From an uncultured Acidobacteriota bacterium (lineage in GTDB: Bacteria > Acidobacteriota > Thermoanaerobaculia > Multivoradales > JAHEKO01), in the NCBI GenBank assembly GCA_963713825.1, contig CAVQNG010000014.1:1-64000 (forward strand): a stretch of 64,000 nucleotides of DNA, written 5' to 3'. Of this stretch, positions 18,442 to 27,561 are shown piece after piece. Numbering within the stretch: the first letter of the stretch is position 1; every line of letters starts with the position of its first letter. Made by a program: the position numbers and the translations under genes. The notes under the pieces were generated by a model. It ran no database searches and was not told the DNA's origin. It worked only from the letters and a program-made list of their open reading frames with translations.

Positions 18442-20500
18442 ATGACATTGTCAGGACATCGAATGCGGTCGAGGACTCTCTGCTGGCTGGTCTTCATTCT
18501 TGGAATGACCGGCATCGCGAGAGCCGTGGCCGACTCCTCGCCCCCGAATCTTCTCCTGATCACCATCGACACCCTGCGCGCCGATCACCTGAGCTGCAAT
18601 GGGGCGCAGAACGTCGCTACTCCAAACCTGGACCGGCTTGCCGCTGATGGCGTCAATTTCACTCGCGCCCGATCCCCGGTCCCCCTTACCCTGCCGTCGC
18701 ATGCCTCGATCTTGACGGGCAACTATCCACCGACCCACGGCATTCGGGACAACGCGTCCTCTCGGTTGGCAGACAGCCAGCGCACCCTGAGTGAAGCCCT
18801 GCGAGCCTCTGGCTACGAGACAGCCGCTTTCCTGGGTAGCTTCGTCCTGGACCGTCGCTTTGGCCTGGCGCAGGGATTCGAGACCTACGACGATCAGGTT
18901 GCCAGGGCTCCAGAGATGCTGGAGAGCCTCGAGGCCGAGAGGAACGCGGGCGCTGTGTTCGACGCTTTCGAGTCCTGGTTCTCAGCCAGGTCGGGCGACG
19001 CGCCATTCTTCGCCTGGCTGCACTTCTACGATCCCCATGCGCCCTATTTGCCCCCTGAGCCTTTCGCCAGTCGCTTCCAGGGCGATCCCTATGCGGGAGA
19101 GGTCGCTTATGTGGATCAGATGGTAGGCAGAGTCCTTGCCACCCTCGAAGACCGGGACATGCTGCGGGAAATGGTCGTCGCGATCGTCGGCGACCACGGT
19201 GAGGGTCTGGGAGAGCACGGTGAGCGGACCCATTCGCTCCTCATCTACAACTCCACCCTTCACGTTCCGATGATCCTGTTCGCTCCGGGACGGATCGAAG
19301 CCGGGGCTCGTGTCGAATCTCTGGTCCGCACTATTGATCTGGCACCGACTCTGTTGGAGTTGGTGGGCCATCAACAGGAATTTGGGGAAGGACAGAGCCT
19401 GGTGCCCCTGATCGAGAGAGGTGAGGGGGACAGCGAAAGCAGGGAAGCCAACCTGATCCATGCCGCCTACAGCGAGTCGCTCTACGCTCAGAGAAACCTC
19501 GGCTGGAGCTCAGTGCGAGGATTGGAGACCGGGACCCACCGGTTGATCCTCGGGCCCGACCCGGAGCTCTACGACCTCTTGGTAGACCCGGAGGAGCAGC
19601 ACGACCTGGCGGAGGCTCGGCCCGAGCTCATCAGGGAGCTGAACCTTCTCTTCGACCAGATGGCCCTGGAGCCGGTAGGGGAGAGAGGCGAGTCGAAGAC
19701 CCCGGCCATGGACCCCGAGATTGTCGAGCAGCTCCGGAGTCTGGGCTACCTGTCGGGATCCTCGGCTTCGAGTGGAGTGATTGGGAAGGATGGTGAGGTC
19801 AATCCTCGGAAGTACATCGGCGACTGGGAGCGAATCGAGGAGGGTCTGCGGTACTACGCCCAGGACGACTTCGCGAACGCCGCCGTGCGATTCGCATCGG
19901 TCCTGAGGGTCCACCCTGAAACTCCGCTCCTGTACGAGTACCTCGGCAGCTGCTACGAGCGCTCGGGGAAAGCTGACGAAGCCGAGAAGGTCTATCGCAG
20001 CGGCCTCGACATGGGGTTGGATTCTTCGGAGTTTCATCTCGGATTGGCGCGGATCTCACATGGCAAGGGGCGAAGGCCGGGCGGCCGAGAAGGAGCTGTT
20101 GAACGCGATCGAGCTCGGACCCTTTCAGTGTCGTTGCTCATCACACCCTGGGTGATGTCTATCGGGGACGCAAGGACTTCAACAGGGCACAGGAACATTA
20201 CCGAGCCGCCCTCGGGATCAACCCCTCCTATATCTATTCGTGGAACGGACTCGGCATGAGCCTCGGCAGCCAGGGTGACGACGCCGGCGCGCTCGAAGCC
20301 TTCCAGAAGGCCGTGGATGTGTCGCCAGAGAGTCCTTTGCCCTACATGAACCTCGCCGTCCAGCTGGAACGCATGGAGCGAGTCGACGAAGCGCGAGTCT
20401 GACCTACCTGAGAGGTTCCTGGTCCTCGCCGAAGGCGAAGCAGAGCCTGGACCGCGAGCGCTCCCTTGGCCGAAGCGGCCCTCGACGCGCCTGGGTCCTG
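18442..20500 (+). CDS. Sulfatase-like (alkaline phosphatase superfamily) hydrolase with C-terminal TPRs; frameshifted after ~20065
   Basis: LITIDTLRADH, TLPSHASILTG, HFYDPHAPY, GDHGEGLGEH; TPR sequence continues in other frames to ~20500 (end approximate). Confidence 0.8.
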
Positions 20501-20537
20501 AATCGGCTAGGGCCTCGGCTCCGATCAACTGGCGTGC

Positions 20538-20890
20538 GGAGGCCCGTCCGGGTGGCCCGTGAAAGCGTCCTGGGGCTTGGGACCTGGGTCTGGGCTGTGG
20601 GACTGATCGTGCGGGGGACCGACGTGGGGCCCTCTACCTCACTGCTCATTGCCTACTGCTCACTGCCTCAACGGTGCCAGAGGTTCGTCCGGGTGGTTCG
20701 ACAGGGGGTGCCGAGTCGAGCGCAGCGCAAGGTCCATAGAAGAGCACAAGAGATGGGGCGCGACCACGAGACAAGGTGGCGGCCTGCCCGTTGCAGTCTG
20801 AGTAGCCGTCGCCGTCCGCCTGCGGACCACCCGGACGGACCTCTGGCACCAACAGGGGCATAAGGGCATTGGGGCAGTTGGGGCTAGGGG
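20538..20890 (+). repeat. Composite structured intergenic repeat, copy 2 (core 20668-20850, 28-bp inverted arms 20673-20700 / 20823-20850), flanked by 7/8-mer tracts
   Basis: GGTGCCAGAGGTTCGTCCGGGTGGTTCG pairs with CGGACCACCCGGACGGACCTCTGGCACC with only two G-T wobbles; left part 20538-20590 resembles 15214-15265. Confidence 0.88.
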
Positions 20891-21015
20891 GTGAGTCAGT
20901 AGTCGGAATCTCGAGGTGTCTCGAGGGTGGCAGATCGGGCCATGGGTCTCCCTCGTCGGAGGGGCATGGTCGGGTGAGGCCGCAGACGGGGGAGATCCCT
21001 GGTCCGATCGGCCGT

Positions 21016-21122
21016 CTCAACCCTCAAGCCCTCAGAGAACGGCCGGAGGTACGACGGACGGCTCAACCCCAAGCCCTCAGAGATCAGGCGGCGCAACGCG
21101 CCGGATGCCTCAACCCCCAAGG
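21016..21122. repeat. Short spaced direct repeat CTCAACCC(T)CAAGCCCTCAGAGA, two full copies plus one partial
   Basis: Copies at 21016-21038, 21062-21083 and partial from 21109 (overlapping the metF stop), separated by 23- and 25-nt unique spacers. Confidence 0.6.
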
Positions 21123-22071
21123 CTGGGCCGAGGATAGAGCCCCAGCCGCTTGACGATCTCGGGCACGGCGGCGGGCCAGCCGATGGCCATGATGTGGAGG
21201 CCCCGGACGCCTTCGATCTCACGGACCTGCTCGCCGATCTCGCAGCACAGATCCAGGCCAGCCTTCTCGGCATCTTCGTCCGAGAGTCCCTCCATGCGCC
21301 CGATCACGCTGTCGGGCACCTCCATGCCGGGCACCTTCGTCGCCATGAACTGGGCAGCCTTCAGCGAGCGGACGGGGCCGATGCCCGCCATGATTGCGGT
21401 CCTTTCGTGCAGCCCCATATCCACGGCGCGTTTCATGTACTCCCGGAAGCGATCGACGTTGAAGACCAATTGCGTCTGGATGAATTGGGCGCCTGCTTCG
21501 ATCTTCTTGGCCAGTCGGTGAGGTCGAAAGTCGTAGGGTGGCGAAAAGGGGTTGGCGACGGCTCCGACGAAAAAATCGGGCTTGATCTTGGGGATCTTCT
21601 TGCCATTCTCGAAGACCTGGTCGTCGGTCATCCTGCGAATCATCCGCACCAGATTGACCGAGTCGATGTCGGCAACGTTCTTGACGTGGGGATGATCGCC
21701 ACACGACGGATGATCCCCGCTGAGGGCCAGGACCGTGGTGATGCCGAAGGCCGACGCACCCAGCAGGTCGGACTGGATACCGAGCCGATTGCGGTCCCGA
21801 CAAGTGAATTGCACGACGGGCTCGAGCCCGGCCTGCTTCAAGGCGATGCCGGAGGCGAGACTGGATGTGTGAACTCGCGCCGACTGGTTGTCGGTGACGT
21901 TGTAGACATCGCCATAGCCCCGCAGCAGCTCGATCTGGCGTTGGAGAGCGGGCATGTTCGGGCCGATGGGAGGAGAGACCTCGACGGCCAGAGGAAAATG
22001 CCCGGCCTCGAGTAGTCGGGCCAGATTGCTGGCTGATCCGGGCTCCAGAGATCTGTGGCTGATTCGACCAT
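21110..22071 (-). CDS. metF: Methylenetetrahydrofolate reductase (MetF, MetVF type)
   Basis: VEVSPP, NVTDNQSA, QFTCRDRNRLGIQSDLLGA, LSGDHP, KKIEAGAQFIQTQ. The likely ATG at 22071 is out of frame with the body by an indel near 22050. Confidence 0.88.
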
Positions 22072-22073
22072 TG

Positions 22074-22562
22074 TCAGTTGCTCTTGCTCGGTTTGGCCGC
22101 GGGTGGTTCCTGACTGGCCCATTGGTCCCGTCCCGTGGCGAATGTGACCCAGGAGGCTTCACCTTCGAGGCGCCAGTCCAGCGCCGGGTTCAGACGGTGG
22201 ATTTCATCCTCCCAGGGCGTCAGCGCGCTGCGCTCGATCGCTTTGACCCAGACGCAGTCTTTGTCGGGATACACCTCGCAATGCCCGTCAGCCCGCACGC
22301 CGCCGCAGGGGCCGTTACGAATCTGCTTGGGGCAGGTCATGGGGCAGGTCATGCCGGTGTAGTGGAGGACACATTGTCCACACATCTGGCAATCGAACAG
22401 CGACCGCTTGACGGGTTCCTCGAACCAGCCCACAGCCTTCGTGGATCGTTCGAGCCCCATCTTCTCGAACCGTCCTCGCAGCATTCCGAGTACACGTTCG
22501 GTCGCCTGCCAGGCCCAGACCAGTGGCCGAGGATGATCTTGGAGGTAGTTACGGAAGGACAC
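22074..22562 (-). CDS. metV: MetV-like Cys-rich subunit (methylenetetrahydrofolate reductase C-terminal-domain family)
   Basis: CQMCGQCVLHYTGMTCPMTCPKQIRNGPCGG...CEV...CVW; directly upstream of metF; GTG start inferred. Confidence 0.82.
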   Translation of the reverse strand: MSFRNYLQDHPRPLVWAWQATERVLGMLRGRFEKMGLERSTKAVGWFEEPVKRSLFDCQMCGQCVLHYTGMTCPMTCPKQIRNGPCGGVRADGHCEVYPDKDCVWVKAIERSALTPWEDEIHRLNPALDWRLEGEASWVTFATGRDQWASQEPPAAKPSKSN

Positions 22563-22581
22563 GGGTTGCCGCCTCAGTGGA

Positions 22582-24126
22582 CTAGTCGGCTTGCATGGCT
22601 CGCGCAGCCAGAGCGCCGGGAGCGCAGGTGATCCCGCCGCCTGGATGGCTGCCGCTGCCACACAGATACAGTCCTTCGAAAGGAGTGCGGTATCGAGGAC
22701 ACTCTGGCACCGGTCTCACTACCAACTGATCGATTGCGTGCTCGCCATGGTAGAGGTGCCCACCCGTGACGCCGTAGCCCGCCTCGAGATCCGCTGGGCT
22801 CGCAATCTGCGCCGCAACGATGTACTGCTCCATGCCCGGGGCGTAGCGATCCAGGGCCATCATGGCCGCATCGAAGAACTCTTCCTTCCGAGCGTCGCTC
22901 CATCCCCCCTCCAACTCGTACGGTGCGAAATGAGCCTGGATCGAGAAGACGTGGTGACCTGCGGGTGCAAGGGCGGGGTTCTCGACCGTGGGTGCCCAGA
23001 TATCGAGAAAAGGCTCCACCGAGAACAGGCGGTACTTGGCCGGATCGAAGGCTTTCTCCAGGTCGTCGATGTGCTCCCCGGTGCGGACGATCTCTGGCTG
23101 GAAATCAGGCCGACAACGGAATTGCGGATAGCCGTTGAGTGCCAGGTTGATCTTGGCGACGACCCCCCGAGAGCGATACCCCAGCAGGTTCTGCTCGAAC
23201 TGGATGGGCAGGGCGCGGGCGGGTAGGAGGTCCAGGAACAGGTGCTTCGGATGGCAGGAAGCGGCCACGCGGTCGGCTTCCAGCACTTCGCCATTGGCGA
23301 GGCTGACACCCTCGATCTTGCCCTCGCCGATCTTGAGATGGCTGACTGCCGAGCCGGTGCGGAATTCGACGCCCTGCGCCCGGGCGGCTTTCTCGAGCGC
23401 ATCGGTCAGGGCCGCCGGTCCTCCGGCGACGGCACTATCGAACAGGATCTCCGCCATCAGCAGGTTCAAGTTGCTGCCCGGTGACCAGGGGCCGGTCATG
23501 GTATTCAAGATGGCCGGTCCCGCCACGGCGACACGCAGGATCTCGGACTCGAACCACTCGTTCACCCAGTCGGCGACGCACATCGGGACGATCCGGAAGA
23601 TCTCCATCATGTCGGTCTTGCCGAGCATGCGCAGGCTGAGAGCCTTCTTGCCAAGTCCCCAGAGATCTGCGATCCCGAGGTTGTCGGTGTCGGCCGGCGC
23701 TTCGTCGAAGAGGCTCCGGAAGACGGGCGCGATCTTGCGGATGAAGGCGCGATACTGCCGATAGCTGTCGGCGTCCTGTCTCGAGTGAGCGCCGATTTCT
23801 TTCTGGGCTGCACGGGGATCGTGGAAGTGAAGATAACCCGGACCGTCGATCTGTGGCACGAACACTGGTGGAGCCGACTTGCGCGTCTCGAGACCGTGCT
23901 TGCGAAGCTCGAGATCGTCAATCACCCATTTGCGTACGGTGGTGGTGTCGTGCAGAACTCCACCGGTTCGGTAGCCCGGATGGAACTCCTCGCTCGCGGC
24001 CAGCCCTCCGATGGTCTCCCGGCTCTCGACGACCACGACCTTCCTACCGGCTTTCGCCAGATAGGTTGCTGTGGTCAGGCCGTTATGGCCCGCACCGATG
24101 ACGACGACGTCGTAGCGACTACTCAT
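22582..24126 (-). CDS. Phytoene-dehydrogenase-like FAD oxidoreductase (COG1233 / PYROXD2-like)
   Basis: YDVVVIGAGHNGL, GGLAASEE, YRTPFEGLYLCGSGSHPGGGITCAPG. Confidence 0.88.
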   Translation of the reverse strand: MSSRYDVVVIGAGHNGLTTATYLAKAGRKVVVVESRETIGGLAASEEFHPGYRTGGVLHDTTTVRKWVIDDLELRKHGLETRKSAPPVFVPQIDGPGYLHFHDPRAAQKEIGAHSRQDADSYRQYRAFIRKIAPVFRSLFDEAPADTDNLGIADLWGLGKKALSLRMLGKTDMMEIFRIVPMCVADWVNEWFESEILRVAVAGPAILNTMTGPWSPGSNLNLLMAEILFDSAVAGGPAALTDALEKAARAQGVEFRTGSAVSHLKIGEGKIEGVSLANGEVLEADRVAASCHPKHLFLDLLPARALPIQFEQNLLGYRSRGVVAKINLALNGYPQFRCRPDFQPEIVRTGEHIDDLEKAFDPAKYRLFSVEPFLDIWAPTVENPALAPAGHHVFSIQAHFAPYELEGGWSDARKEEFFDAAMMALDRYAPGMEQYIVAAQIASPADLEAGYGVTGGHLYHGEHAIDQLVVRPVPECPRYRTPFEGLYLCGSGSHPGGGITCAPGALAARAMQAD

Positions 24127-25706
24127 AGCTCACCCGATTTCAGGATGGTTCTGGCGGCGAGTTGACCCGGTGCACCCATGATGCCGCCGCCCGGGTGGGT
24201 ACCCGAGCCGCTCATCCAGAGGTTCTTGATGGGTGTCTTGTACCGGGAGTAGCCGGCTGCCGGTCGCTGGAAGAGAAGCTGTTCCAGGCTCAGCTCGCCC
24301 TGGAAGATGTTGCCCTCGCTCAGCCCGTACTCTTGCTCCATGTCCCAGGGAGTGACGACCTGTCGGTGCAGGATGCTCTTCCTGAATCCTGGGGCGAACT
24401 CCTCGATGGTGTCGGTCACCGTGTCGCCAAAAGCCTCCGCCTTCTCGGGCCACATTTCCGGTCCCTCCTTCAACTTGTAGGGAGCGTACTGAACGAAACA
24501 GGAGATGACGTGCTTGCCAGGCGGGGCGACGCTGGGATCCAGTAGGGATGGCACAACCAGGTTGATGTACGGGCGACTCGAGTAATTGCCGTACTTGGCC
24601 TCGTCGTAGGCTCGCTCCAGGTAGTCGATGCTGGGTGCGATGGCGACATCGCCGCGCAGGTGCGCCGTGCCTTCGCGACCTTCGAACTGAGGGACACGAT
24701 CCACCGCGTAATTGACCTTGCCGGAGCTGCCACGAAATTTGTAGCGCTGGATGCGTTGCGCAAAATCGTCATCGAGGTGCTCTTCCCCGACGAGACCGAA
24801 GTAGGTGAGTCTCGGGTCGCAGTTGGAGACCACGAGTTTGGCGTCCAGCTCGTCGCCGTTTTTCAGCACGACTCCCGTGGCGCGTCCATTCTTGATGCGC
24901 ACCTTTTCGACGGGAGCTTCGGTACGAATCTCGACGCCGAAGCTCTCGGCGGCGCGCGCGCAGGCCATGCTCACACCCCCCGTGCCGCCTTTCGAGAAGC
25001 CCCACGATCGAAAGGCACCGTCGATCTCTCCCATGTAGTGGTGCAGAAGGACGTAGGCCGTTCCCGGTGAATGAGCTCCAAGGTAGGTTCCGATGATGCC
25101 ACTGCAGGCCATGGGTGCCTTCAGGGCGTCGGACTCGAACCATCGATCCAGAAAGTCGACGCCGCTCATTGTGAGCAGCTTGGCCTGAAGGTCGAGAAAA
25201 CTGGTGCCGCCGCTGAAGGACTGGCCCATCCGCAGCATCGCCAGCAGCTCTTTCGGCATGAGTGAGGTCGGGTCGGGGGCGGGCGAGTCGATGATATTGC
25301 GGGCGAAGCGCGCCATCTTCGTCATCGTGAGACTGAACTCGGGATAAATCTCGGCGTCTTTGGCGCTGAATCGTGAGATCTCATGGCGGGTGCGCCCCGC
25401 CTCGGGCCAGCGACAGAGACCTGGTCCGCCGACATGGGGCGTGAAGGATGTCTCCAGCGGAATGAGCTCCATCCCGTGGCGGGCCAGCTCCAGCTCGCGA
25501 ATGATCGAGGGTCGAAAGAGGCTGACCACGTAGGAGAGCACCGAGAAGGTGAAGCCAGGAAAGACCTCTTCACTCACGGCGGCTCCGCCCACCAAGTGCC
25601 GGCGCTCCAGGACCAGGACCTCGTGCCCGGCCTTGGCCAGGTAGGCGGCAGCGATCAGGCCGTTGTGGCCGGCGCCGATGACGATGGCATCGTAGCTCTT
25701 GCTCAT
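24123..25706 (-). CDS. Phytoene-dehydrogenase-like FAD oxidoreductase (COG1233 / PYROXD2-like)
   Basis: MSKSYDAIVIGAGHNGL, GGAAVSEE, GNIFQGEL, GSGTHPGGGIMGAPG; start overlaps the upstream stop (ATGA). Confidence 0.9.
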   Translation of the reverse strand: MSKSYDAIVIGAGHNGLIAAAYLAKAGHEVLVLERRHLVGGAAVSEEVFPGFTFSVLSYVVSLFRPSIIRELELARHGMELIPLETSFTPHVGGPGLCRWPEAGRTRHEISRFSAKDAEIYPEFSLTMTKMARFARNIIDSPAPDPTSLMPKELLAMLRMGQSFSGGTSFLDLQAKLLTMSGVDFLDRWFESDALKAPMACSGIIGTYLGAHSPGTAYVLLHHYMGEIDGAFRSWGFSKGGTGGVSMACARAAESFGVEIRTEAPVEKVRIKNGRATGVVLKNGDELDAKLVVSNCDPRLTYFGLVGEEHLDDDFAQRIQRYKFRGSSGKVNYAVDRVPQFEGREGTAHLRGDVAIAPSIDYLERAYDEAKYGNYSSRPYINLVVPSLLDPSVAPPGKHVISCFVQYAPYKLKEGPEMWPEKAEAFGDTVTDTIEEFAPGFRKSILHRQVVTPWDMEQEYGLSEGNIFQGELSLEQLLFQRPAAGYSRYKTPIKNLWMSGSGTHPGGGIMGAPGQLAARTILKSGEL

Positions 25707-26896
25707 CACGACCTCTTTCTGGGTGGGTTGAAGAACGGGGTCGTCACTACGGTGGCGCCGACGACCTGGCGCCGGTACTCGACCGTGATTTCGAACTGCA
25801 CCCGGGTGCCGACCTTGGCAAACGGCGCCGCGACCTGGGCCAACGCCAGGTTCTTCTTGAGCGTCGGCGACCAGACTCCGCTGGTTGCCTGACCGATCCA
25901 GTTCTGATTCTCGTCGTACACCGGCCTGCCATCTCGCCAAACGTGAGCCGGCAGCTCCGGTGGCAGATCGAACTTGTCGAATGCCGCCTCCACCTCCTCC
26001 CAGTCCACGTCCAGCCCCACGAAGAGTCGCTTCGATCCCTCGGCCTTCTCTTTTCGAAGGGCGGCCTGGCCGGTGAAGGGCTCGCGATCGAGCTGGACCG
26101 CCCAGCCGAGGCCGAGCTCGTACGGCGAGTTCTTCTGATCCTCGATCAGGCAGTGGTTGGCGCTGTAGTAATCCACGCCGTTCATGATGAACCCGGCTTC
26201 GATGCGTGTCACATCCATGGCGTCGATGCCGCAGGGCAGCAGGTCGAACGGTTGCCCAGCCGCCATGACCGAGTCGTAGAGGCGCTCGGCGTGCCGGCTT
26301 TCGACCCAGATCTCGTACCCGAGGTCGCCGGTATAGCCGGTCCTGGAGATCCAGATCTGGGTTCCATCCAGGCGACAACGAACTGTGCCGAAGAAGCGCA
26401 GTGCATCCATGTCTGTGTTCACCACACTCGCGAGGATGTCTCTGGAAGTCGGTCCCTGCAGGGAGAGCGCTGCGAAGCGGGCCGTGCTGTCCTCGATGGT
26501 GACGTTGTAACCGCGGCTTTGACGGTCGAACCAGGAGAGAGAAGGTTCCGCTGAAGTGACTCTGTAGTAGTTCTCATCCAGACAGGAGACGGTTCCGTCA
26601 TCGATGACCTTGCCTTCGTCGTCGCACCAGCACAGGTACGTCACTCTTCCGACTTTCAGCTTGTGCAGGTCTTTGACGGTCAGCCGTGACAGAAACGCCG
26701 CTGCATCCGGACCGTGGACCTCGTACTTGAACAGAGGCGAGATGTCGATCAGGCCGGCGGAGTGGCGCAATGCGTAGTACTCGGAATCGTGTGTGGTGTC
26801 GTAGGTGGAGACTGTGTAGTACCCGGCCCAGTCCTTCCAGTTCATGCTGTAGCACAGCTCTGACGTACGCGAGTGAAAGGGCGTCGGTATAGGCAT
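25706..26896 (-). CDS. GcvT-family aminomethyltransferase-like (folate-binding) protein
   Basis: PTPFH, EYYALRHSAGLIDISPLFK, GKVIDDGTV, LQGPTSR, ISRTGYTGDLGYEIW, RIEAGF; AGGAGG RBS; no gcvH/gcvP nearby. Confidence 0.88.
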   Translation of the reverse strand: MPIPTPFHSRTSELCYSMNWKDWAGYYTVSTYDTTHDSEYYALRHSAGLIDISPLFKYEVHGPDAAAFLSRLTVKDLHKLKVGRVTYLCWCDDEGKVIDDGTVSCLDENYYRVTSAEPSLSWFDRQSRGYNVTIEDSTARFAALSLQGPTSRDILASVVNTDMDALRFFGTVRCRLDGTQIWISRTGYTGDLGYEIWVESRHAERLYDSVMAAGQPFDLLPCGIDAMDVTRIEAGFIMNGVDYYSANHCLIEDQKNSPYELGLGWAVQLDREPFTGQAALRKEKAEGSKRLFVGLDVDWEEVEAAFDKFDLPPELPAHVWRDGRPVYDENQNWIGQATSGVWSPTLKKNLALAQVAAPFAKVGTRVQFEITVEYRRQVVGATVVTTPFFNPPRKRS

Positions 26897-27085
26897 CCGC
26901 AACTCCTCCTACGAAACCAGCAGCTGGACCGTCGAGCAAGGATCTTCGATTCCGCCGGTGCGCTGCCACACCTGACGGGGTACGCCGAGAATACCCCTAA
27001 GCGTAGGTCGAGGGGAACACCCGAAACCCACCGTCTGAAGCGGCCGGCGTCTCTGCCGGCCGTTGGTGCCGTTGCATGCGGCGAA

Positions 27086-27510
27086 TGTCGCGTAGAGGTC
27101 CGTCCGGGTGGTCCGTAGGCGCTGGCCGAAGGGAACTGGATCATTGTCAATGGGGGTTCGCCGTGCGGCCCCCAGGGGGCTATCCTCCCTTCCGCTGCAA
27201 GAACCCCCATGGAGGTCCCCACGGCGAACCCTTGGCGTCGCTGTAGTTCCCCCGCTCATTTGTTACCCCTAAGCCCTTACGCCCCTAGGCCCTCAGTGCC
27301 CATTGCCTCGAGGCCTAACTGCCTTCAACGGTGCCCGAGCTCCGTTCGGGTGGTTCGTCAGGGGGTGCCACGTCGAGCGCAGCGCAATGGCCATCGCAGA
27401 GCACAACAGATGAGGCGCGATGACGTGACAAGGTGGCGGCCTGCCCGTTGCAGTCTGAGTAGCCGACGTCGTCCCCCAGGCGGGCCACCCGGACGGGCCT
27501 CTACGCGACA
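27086..27510 (+). repeat. Composite structured intergenic repeat, copy 3 (outer arm 27086-27115, internal hairpin 27131-27251, 8-mer tract, core 27325-27510)
   Basis: TGTCGCGTAGAGGTCCGTCCGGGTGGTCCG pairs with CGGGCCACCCGGACGGGCCTCTACGCGACA (30 bp, two G-T); core alignable with copies 1 and 2. Confidence 0.88.
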
Positions 27511-27561
27511 ACGGTCTCAAATGAATGGGCCAAATGGCCGGCAAGGGCTGCGACGGATGGT

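Noticed and set aside
21016-21125. CRISPR array
   Set aside because: Only two full repeats, short spacers, no cas genes or leader; kept only as a minor repeat finding.
22582-25706. Carotenoid biosynthesis (crtI)
   Set aside because: No crtB/crtE/crtY in the window, and the context is folate/C1 metabolism.
24123-26378. Long N-terminal extensions in the ORF track (e.g. 751-aa 24123..26378, 23..1417, 41230..42810, 51439..53538) and the many antisense ORFs
   Set aside because: GC-rich shadow ORFs that overlap real genes; true starts were assigned from RBS and domain boundaries.
26900-27085. Glycine, THF or SAH riboswitch upstream of the gcvT-like operon
   Set aside because: On the minus strand there are hairpins (CGGCCGGC/GCCGGCCG, GGGGTA/TACCCC) but none of the conserved aptamer motifs such as GGAGA..CCGAAG..CUCUCAGG.
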